Shown here one piece after another: positions 58,037 to 64,000 of a stretch of 64,000 nucleotides of DNA (within the stretch, counting starts at the first letter, position 1; the number at the start of each line of letters is the position of its first letter). The notes beneath the pieces were generated by a model. It searched no databases. It was not told where the DNA came from and saw only the letters and a list, made by a program, of their open reading frames with translations. Where the stretch lies: contig JBHOSQ010000002.1 in NCBI GenBank assembly GCA_042584585.1, forward strand, positions 12,806-76,805. The letters run 5' to 3'. The position numbers were made by a program, and so were the translations under genes. This stretch comes from an archaeon (GTDB taxonomy: Archaea > B1Sed10-29 > WALL01).

Positions 58037-58174
58037 TTATGGGGCTGCGGAGACCGCGCCAGCGACCGCCGACTGGAACATCGGCTTGATTACGCTGATG
58101 AGCAAAATGGCTGCGATGGCTGCCAAAATCAAGAGATAGATGGGCGTCCAATTAACGTCGCCCCTCTTGTCCAT
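58037..58174 (-). CDS. 45-aa Flp-like mini-pilin (below the ORF-track size cut-off)
   Basis: MDKRG|DVNWTPIYLLILAAIAAILLISVIKPMFQSAVAGAVSAAP*; fills the gap between two prepilin genes on the same strand. Confidence 0.75.
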   Translation of the reverse strand: MDKRGDVNWTPIYLLILAAIAAILLISVIKPMFQSAVAGAVSAAP

Positions 58175-58200
58175 CAGCAGCCACTTAAGCCACATAAACC

Positions 58201-58659
58201 TTACCGCTCAGCCCTGAAGCCAATGCTGCACAATTCGCCTCGTCCACTCGGGCAGTACGCGCGTATCGATCCCGACACGTCCGACTTCACCGCCAAATGG
58301 CCTTCGGTGGTTGCAGTGCCTTCAGTACACTCGAACTGGGCCTCAGAAAACTCGTAGCCCGTACACTGGCTCATTGAGCTGCCCTCGCAGCAGAAGCCAA
58401 CCGAGTACTCGTTCAGCTCGGCAGCGCGAGCCACCGCGTTCGCAAAGAACTCTTCGTCCTCATTGAACCTGACGACGTTCGAGACAGAGGCACGGCCCCC
58501 GCCACGGACTTCCTTCAGTTCCTGGCCCATGACCCTCAACGGGTCTTCACTGGCAATCGTAATTCCGCCGATGATGTTCAGCAAAATCACTAGGATTGCG
58601 CCTGCCACCACCGCAGCAATCAATAATTTGAAAGCGTCAAAAGCTTGTCCACGTTGCAT
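58201..58659 (-). CDS. Prepilin-like protein (candidate major pilin, with its own TATA box)
   Basis: MQRG|QAFDAFKLLIAAVVAGAILVILLNII; TTTATATA on the minus strand at about 58698-58705 and an SD-like AGGGG upstream. Confidence 0.78.
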   Translation of the reverse strand: MQRGQAFDAFKLLIAAVVAGAILVILLNIIGGITIASEDPLRVMGQELKEVRGGGRASVSNVVRFNEDEEFFANAVARAAELNEYSVGFCCEGSSMSQCTGYEFSEAQFECTEGTATTEGHLAVKSDVSGSIRAYCPSGRGELCSIGFRAER

Positions 58660-58709
58660 TTTGGATAACCCCCTTCGTTAACGGATAATGAGTTGAGATA
58701 TATAAAGCT

Positions 58710-59279
58710 TTAGCAAACAGTTTCGCCAAACCACGCGTGGCACTTGTTTTCCTCACAAACCACGCACACATCGATGCTTTCGCCCGGCGCGAACCCCATC
58801 GTGGTGCACCTCGAGGTCACGAGGCCACACTTCCCCAGCACGGTCACGGGCACCTCGCCCTCAAGGCAATACGGATGGCGGCAATGCATGAAAACGTCTA
58901 CGTTGGACGGCAGTCCCGACTTGAACACCAATGCCTCGGAAGAGAACTCTTCTTCCTCAAGAATCGCTTCCCTCACGAAGTTCACGCCCGTCTCCCTGCC
59001 CGCATAGGCAGAGCTGAGCAATTCGGATGTGACGAAAAACACGGACGCCGCCGGAGCCTGCTCCCTCACAGACTGCACCACCCCGTAAACGACCATCAGC
59101 ATGACGACAGCAATGACCCCGCCCTGCAAAAGCTTCATCACGGCCCATTGTTGCCCGCGGGAGCCGATGCCAATGCCAAACCGCCTGCGAAGCAGGCCGG
59201 GGGGTTTGCTTCCCGGGGTAGCAGGGGGGCAGAGCCCCCCTAAGACGCCGGTACATTGCTGGCCCTTGGAGCCAATCAA
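58710..59279 (-). CDS. Prepilin-like protein with a duplicated class III motif and an in-frame palindromic insert
   Basis: MIGSKG|QQ, then IGSRG|QQWAVMKLLQGGVIAVVMLMVVY 36 residues later; Cys-rich C-terminus. Confidence 0.68.
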   Translation of the reverse strand: MIGSKGQQCTGVLGGLCPPATPGSKPPGLLRRRFGIGIGSRGQQWAVMKLLQGGVIAVVMLMVVYGVVQSVREQAPAASVFFVTSELLSSAYAGRETGVNFVREAILEEEEFSSEALVFKSGLPSNVDVFMHCRHPYCLEGEVPVTVLGKCGLVTSRCTTMGFAPGESIDVCVVCEENKCHAWFGETVC

Positions 59280-61454
59280 CTACATTGCCCCCGCAGTCAT
59301 CTTCATCGCCATAAACGTCACGCCAAAGAAAATAGCCATGGCAATGGGCATCGCCTGGGCCAACGCCATCTTGAACGCCAGGTCGTTGTCGCCCTCGTTG
59401 ACGTGCGAGGCAAAATACATGAGGATGGCCACAATCTCAATCATGTAAAAGCTGATTATTAAAAGGAGCTCGGCCTGCGACGCCGCGCTCTCCAACACAT
59501 CCGCCCCGCCCAAAGACGGCATCTCGAACGCCCCGCCGGGCATGCTCGACGAGCCCTCGCTCAGCCCCGACTTGCCCATGGACGACATCGCGCTCATGAT
59601 GATTTGCTGGAGCGCGATTGTGATGCCGAGCACGACCGGCGCGATGAACATGCTCATCGTCGCCATCATGGTAGTGATGTCCGAAAGCATTGCCTTCAGC
59701 GCCTTCTCGACTTTTTGCATGTCACGGATTTGCAGCGAGAGAGAGATTAGTGAGCGGGCTGCGGTCTGCACCCCAAGGCCCAGCGAGTCGACCACGATGC
59801 GCATCGTGCCGTGGATGAACCCACTCGGGATGAACCGGAGCGATCCGTACGCCTCGTCGAACAAAGCCGTCTTCACGGTCATGCCAAGCATGCGGACGTT
59901 ATGGAGCGTCGGCAGGAAAATTCTTTTTGTCGCCTGGGAGTTGGGAATGAACTCCGCGGCGTGCTTCATCGCGTCCTCCATGGGGCGGCCCTCGCCAAGG
60001 CGCGACGCCAGGATGTAAAGCGTTTCCTGGAACCCGTTCTCCATCTCGATGAGCTCGCGCTGCATCGCCCACCTGTCCTTGTAGCTCGACCACAGGAAGA
60101 ACCCAAACGCCGACACGATGCCGAGCATGAAGCCCGCGTATTGCAGGTACGGGATGCAGCCGATGGTGCGGTGGACCAAGCCCGAGGCGTCGGTTATTGG
60201 GCCGAGCCCGCCGAGCAGGCAGTAGCTGTCATACCCCGACTCGAAAGACAGTGGCTGCGGGTCGAGGAAGGGCGTGCCGATTAACGACGCGACCACGAGG
60301 CCCGCGAAAATCATGAAAGCGACTACACGCACAGGCAATTGGTAGCCCGCAATGCTGAACCATCCCGGCTTCGGAAGGCCAGGCATGTCGGCGGGGACCT
60401 TCGGGACCTCGCGCGTCGGCGGGCGCTTCTCGAGAATGCTCTTCGCGAGGAAAAACGACGCCACCGGAATAAGCAAATTGTAAATGACCGCGAGCGGGAA
60501 AGCGCCGGCGAGCCAGCCGATGTCCTCGCCGCCCATCATCGCGCCGACCGGGATGATGATAATCAGCAAAAGCGGGAGCAGCACGCCGAAGTAGTACAGG
60601 TAGATGCTCGGCTGGTGCATCGCGCGGCTGTAGAAATCCATTTTTTCCTGGATGCCCTCGAGCACGTCGCTGATTGCCTTGTCGAGCAAGTCGTTCCGCT
60701 TGTTCTCGTCCGCCTCCATCACGGACGAGCGGATGAGCATGAGCGCGTGCTTGAACTCGGAAGAGTACTCGCCCCACTTCCACGCCATGTTGTCCAAAGC
60801 CTCTTCGACAGACCGGTACTTGCCGACGTGAATGTCGTACTGCAGGTCCTTGAAGTCCTCGGCGATGCGGCCCTGGCCGTGCTTCGCCACGAAGCCAATG
60901 GCGCGCTCGAGGTTTGGCGTCACCTTCATCGCCATGACAAAATAATTAACGATTTCGGGAATGAACGTCAGGGAGCGGATGCGCAGCTTTTCCGCTTCCT
61001 TCATTGGGTAGGACTGCACGTAGTACATGGCGTACATCGCGAGCGCGAACGGCCCGAAGTACCAGAACAGCCCCAAGTCCATGGTCAATGGATGGCCGAT
61101 TAAAGTGAAGCCGGCGATTGTTATCGGGCCAATCATCGTGGAAAAGATGTACTCCATCAATGCCCACACAAACGCGATGCCGACGCCGACGTACATAACG
61201 AACAATGGCGCGGAATTCAATTCCGCGGGCTTCAATTTCCAGCCGAGGAAAGCAAGTGCGACCTTGTACTGCTCGGTCAACTCTTTTTTCGCGCCCGAGC
61301 CGAACATCTTGTGGGTGTACTTACAGAAGTTGATGTAGCGGTTCGGCTTCACCACTTCTTTTGTCTTGGCCTTCTTGCCGCCGCCGAAAAGGAGCTCCGC
61401 CACGTTGGCCTTGGGCTTACTCTTTGGCTTTCGGCTTGACCTTGGCAAGTGCAT
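59280..61454 (-). CDS. TadC/FlaJ-like platform protein with two T2SSF domains
   Basis: Two repeats of a TM hairpin plus helical domain (IPEIVNYFVMAMKVTPNLERAI; FQETLYILASRLGEGRPMEDA). Alternative start at GTG 61403. Confidence 0.8.
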   Translation of the reverse strand: MHLPRSSRKPKSKPKANVAELLFGGGKKAKTKEVVKPNRYINFCKYTHKMFGSGAKKELTEQYKVALAFLGWKLKPAELNSAPLFVMYVGVGIAFVWALMEYIFSTMIGPITIAGFTLIGHPLTMDLGLFWYFGPFALAMYAMYYVQSYPMKEAEKLRIRSLTFIPEIVNYFVMAMKVTPNLERAIGFVAKHGQGRIAEDFKDLQYDIHVGKYRSVEEALDNMAWKWGEYSSEFKHALMLIRSSVMEADENKRNDLLDKAISDVLEGIQEKMDFYSRAMHQPSIYLYYFGVLLPLLLIIIIPVGAMMGGEDIGWLAGAFPLAVIYNLLIPVASFFLAKSILEKRPPTREVPKVPADMPGLPKPGWFSIAGYQLPVRVVAFMIFAGLVVASLIGTPFLDPQPLSFESGYDSYCLLGGLGPITDASGLVHRTIGCIPYLQYAGFMLGIVSAFGFFLWSSYKDRWAMQRELIEMENGFQETLYILASRLGEGRPMEDAMKHAAEFIPNSQATKRIFLPTLHNVRMLGMTVKTALFDEAYGSLRFIPSGFIHGTMRIVVDSLGLGVQTAARSLISLSLQIRDMQKVEKALKAMLSDITTMMATMSMFIAPVVLGITIALQQIIMSAMSSMGKSGLSEGSSSMPGGAFEMPSLGGADVLESAASQAELLLIISFYMIEIVAILMYFASHVNEGDNDLAFKMALAQAMPIAMAIFFGVTFMAMKMTAGAM

Positions 61455-63720
61455 TCCTCCTCGAAACCAATTCCTTCACGAAGCCTTCCTTCACCCACTG
61501 CTTCCACTCGTCCAACACCTTGGGGTAGTCGACGGCGCCGATTTCCCGGCGCGACTGCTCCTGCATAAGCACGTACTTGTCGTTCGCGCGCACGGTGTAG
61601 CCCGCCTCGAGCAAGCCGGGGATTTTGTACTCGTTCTTCATGTCCACCATGAACTGCTTGGAAGAAGCGCGGTGCTGCACGTCCTCCCAAATCATGTCAA
61701 TGTCCATGCCACGGCGGCTCTGGATTTTCTTGAAGAACTGCGAGTTCTCGAAAATGTTGTCCTTATGGACCGTTTGGGTGTCGGTCGTCGCGTCATAGGT
61801 CATCAAGTCGATGAGCCCACCCTCGCGCCCCGGGTCCTCGTACCAGGTCTTCCCGACCTCGGTGATTTCCACGAGGCGGCGCGTCTTCTGCAGCGAGCCC
61901 TTGAACCGAATCGGCGCCGACACAATGCACATGTCCGTCGCCTTGAACGAAGTGTTCGGGACGCCGAGGTCGTTGACCACGCGGTCCCAGACCGAGTAAG
62001 CGTTCTCCGCGTGAATCGTCCCCATGACTACGTTGCCGACGGCGCCGACGCGCATGGCCTCGTAAAGCACAAGCGCTTCCTTCGAGCGGACCTCGCCCAT
62101 AATCAGGACAGAGTCGCCGAGGCGCAGCGCGGTGCGCAGCGCGTCCTCGGGCGATACCTCGGAGCTGATTGCACCGACAGTGATTGCGGAGCGCGTCTTC
62201 AGGCGGCAAATGTTGTAGCCGGTCTTGCGCATGTGCTCGACCGGCAGCTCAAGCGTGTCCTCGATTGTGATGATACGGAGCGACGGCAAAATCTCGAGCA
62301 TCAGGCTCATCATCATCGACGTCTTGCCGGAGCCACGGGAGCCGACAATCAGTGACGACGCCTGCGCGTCGATGAGGAACGACAACAGGCCCGCGACCTC
62401 CGGCGTAATCATCTTCACGCCGATGAATTGCGGGAGGGTCCACGGCGTCCCCTTGTGGAGGCGGAGCGCGAACGCGACGCCGTCCGGAGACAGCGGCGGC
62501 CCGATGGTCGCGGTGCGGGTGTGGTACTCGTGCAGGTCGAAGTCCAAGACACTGTGTGCCTCGTCGAACGGCCTCCCGGACAGCGAGCGGAACCTGGAAA
62601 TGATGGAGTTCGCCTCTTCACCGGAAAAGAACACGTTGGTCTGGCACGGGCCGTAGTCGCTGTGCACGACGTAGACCGGCTTCTGTCCCAGTGGCGCGTC
62701 GATGTATACGTCGGTCAAGCGCTCGTCGCTGAGGAGAAGGCCCATCATGCCGAAGCCAACGGTGTAGCGCGCGACGATTTGCGCGAGCTGCTTTACGTCC
62801 GACTGCGTGACTTCGATGTCATTTTGCCTCGCCAAGTCGGCGATTGTTGTCTCGTAGATGCGCATGAAATAGTCTTTGCTCGTCGCGAGCTCGGTGAACT
62901 CCAGGCCCTCGGGGTGGTACTCGCTGACTATTTCTTTTGTCTTGCTGAGCAGGAAGTATTGCTCGGGAGTGAGTGCGTACTCGGGCGGGTTGATGTGGTA
63001 CAAGTACTCGATTTTTTCGGGGTGCTTGTAAATCGTGACGGTCGTTCCCTTGACAGTGTACTGGTCGAGCAACTCGATTTGCTCGGGAAGCTTGAACAGC
63101 AGGCGCGAGCCGATGAACGACGGCTTTAGCTGGGCCTCGAAAACCGTGTGGTAAAAGCCCCTTCCGGGTGGGAGCTTCTTCAGCTTTCTGACGTAGGTCT
63201 TGAGCCGCTGGATTAGGTCGGTGGCCTCGAAGTTTGCCTTGATGTATTCCAAAGTAGTGAGGTACGTTTCGGTGCACTTCTTTTGGTCTGGCGGAAGCTG
63301 CGCGAGCGTTGCCTTTTCGCGCTGGATTGCCTCGACGCATTTCAGGTAGGCACGAATCGGGTCGGTGCGGAGCAGGTCAGAAGCAATGTTAACGACCAGG
63401 TCGTGGCGCGTCGGCAAGTACTGGGAACACGCGTCCCCGCCCAAGTACTGCGGCGACCAAACCCCTTTGACGCGAAGCCGCTGCACCAGCTCGGCGAGCT
63501 GCTTGAGCATTCGCGTCTGCTCTTCGTCGTAGACTCGCTCGTAGACTTCGGCGAGCACCACGCGGTCTGCGTCGGTCTTGCCAAGGTATTCGATTACCTC
63601 GGACATACGCTGCGGATAGTCCGCGATGCTAGGCCCATAAGACGAGCCGCGGCAGTCAATAATCAGGTACTTGGTCGTACCCTCACTCTTGACAGTGTAG
63701 GGGCTCTTTTCCTCAGCCAT
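61417..63720 (-). CDS. Type II/IV secretion / pilus ATPase with a long N-terminal domain
   Basis: Walker A GSRGSGKT, TIEDTLE, LRLGDSVLIMGEVRS, GTIHA. Start at ATG 63720 (MAEEKSPY), about 25 nt downstream of TTATATAC on the minus strand. Confidence 0.9.
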   Translation of the reverse strand: MAEEKSPYTVKSEGTTKYLIIDCRGSSYGPSIADYPQRMSEVIEYLGKTDADRVVLAEVYERVYDEEQTRMLKQLAELVQRLRVKGVWSPQYLGGDACSQYLPTRHDLVVNIASDLLRTDPIRAYLKCVEAIQREKATLAQLPPDQKKCTETYLTTLEYIKANFEATDLIQRLKTYVRKLKKLPPGRGFYHTVFEAQLKPSFIGSRLLFKLPEQIELLDQYTVKGTTVTIYKHPEKIEYLYHINPPEYALTPEQYFLLSKTKEIVSEYHPEGLEFTELATSKDYFMRIYETTIADLARQNDIEVTQSDVKQLAQIVARYTVGFGMMGLLLSDERLTDVYIDAPLGQKPVYVVHSDYGPCQTNVFFSGEEANSIISRFRSLSGRPFDEAHSVLDFDLHEYHTRTATIGPPLSPDGVAFALRLHKGTPWTLPQFIGVKMITPEVAGLLSFLIDAQASSLIVGSRGSGKTSMMMSLMLEILPSLRIITIEDTLELPVEHMRKTGYNICRLKTRSAITVGAISSEVSPEDALRTALRLGDSVLIMGEVRSKEALVLYEAMRVGAVGNVVMGTIHAENAYSVWDRVVNDLGVPNTSFKATDMCIVSAPIRFKGSLQKTRRLVEITEVGKTWYEDPGREGGLIDLMTYDATTDTQTVHKDNIFENSQFFKKIQSRRGMDIDMIWEDVQHRASSKQFMVDMKNEYKIPGLLEAGYTVRANDKYVLMQEQSRREIGAVDYPKVLDEWKQWVKEGFVKELVSRRNALAKVKPKAKE

Positions 63721-63755
63721 CCTGCTTAAAAACGTGGGGGGAGTATATAAGAGTA

Positions 63756-64000
63756 ATGCTGCTCGAAAAGCGGAAAGGGGTAAGGTTTGCTGTTGGGACC
63801 GCGGTATTCGGCGGATTGGCGTACCTCGTTGCCTCGGGCCTGATGCCCGTGCTGAAGCCGTTGACCGCGGCAATGTCGGCAGCGGTGCTGTCGCTTTTTG
63901 GCTCGGCGTATTCCCAGGGCGCACTCGTTTTCTTCAACTCGCTTTCTGTGCAAGTGATTCCGCTTTGCGTGGGCGACATTGAGATCGCCGTCTTGGCGGG
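63756..64000 (+). CDS. Archaeosortase/exosortase family protein, N-terminal part (runs off the window; not in the ORF track)
   Basis: MLLEKRKGVRFAVGTAVFGGLAYLVASGLMPVLKPLTAAMSAAVLSLFG...VQVIPLCVGDIEIAVLA: TM, amphipathic TA..S..L..G helix, then a V...CxG motif like the catalytic Cys region of exo/archaeosortases. Confidence 0.62.
   Translation, partial: MLLEKRKGVRFAVGTAVFGGLAYLVASGLMPVLKPLTAAMSAAVLSLFGSAYSQGALVFFNSLSVQVIPLCVGDIEIAVLA

Noticed and set aside
1-64000. CRISPR array, tRNA, rRNA, transposase or integrase
   Set aside because: No regularly spaced repeats, no cloverleaf or rRNA signatures in the short intergenic gaps, and no transposase or recombinase motifs were seen.

Overview
Compact, GC-rich archaeal chromosome segment. 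Geranylgeranyl reductase, PAC2 proteasome chaperone, deoxyhypusine synthase, class III signal peptides, an archaeosortase-like gene, TATA boxes about 25 nt before start codons and ATGA/GTGA gene overlaps all point to an archaeon; a DPANN-type lineage is my inference. 1-14.4 kb: RelE fragment, glycosylation and lipid genes, carbamate kinase and a complete, tightly coupled lysine operon of the DAP-aminotransferase (dapL) type. 14.4-48 kb: a type IV pilus/Tad-like operon (ATPase, two TadC-like genes, five prepilin-like genes) running into two giant secreted LamG/FN3 proteins (3168 and 4101 aa), then a second Tad-like module whose ATPase is fused to a 16-Cys ferredoxin. 50.6-64 kb: a third pilus-like system on the minus strand (ATPase, double T2SSF protein, seven prepilin-like genes, a 1552-aa anchored protein) divergent from an archaeosortase-like gene. 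Top observations: (i) one beta-sandwich domain appears split between the C-terminus of a minor pilin and the C-terminus of the 4101-aa protein 21.5 kb away; (ii) the giants are built from four copies of an FN3 scaffold with three variable lectin 'slots'; (iii) the ferredoxin-pilus ATPase fusion; (iv) palindromes inserted in-frame in coding genes. All family assignments come from motif recognition by eye; no database searches were run.
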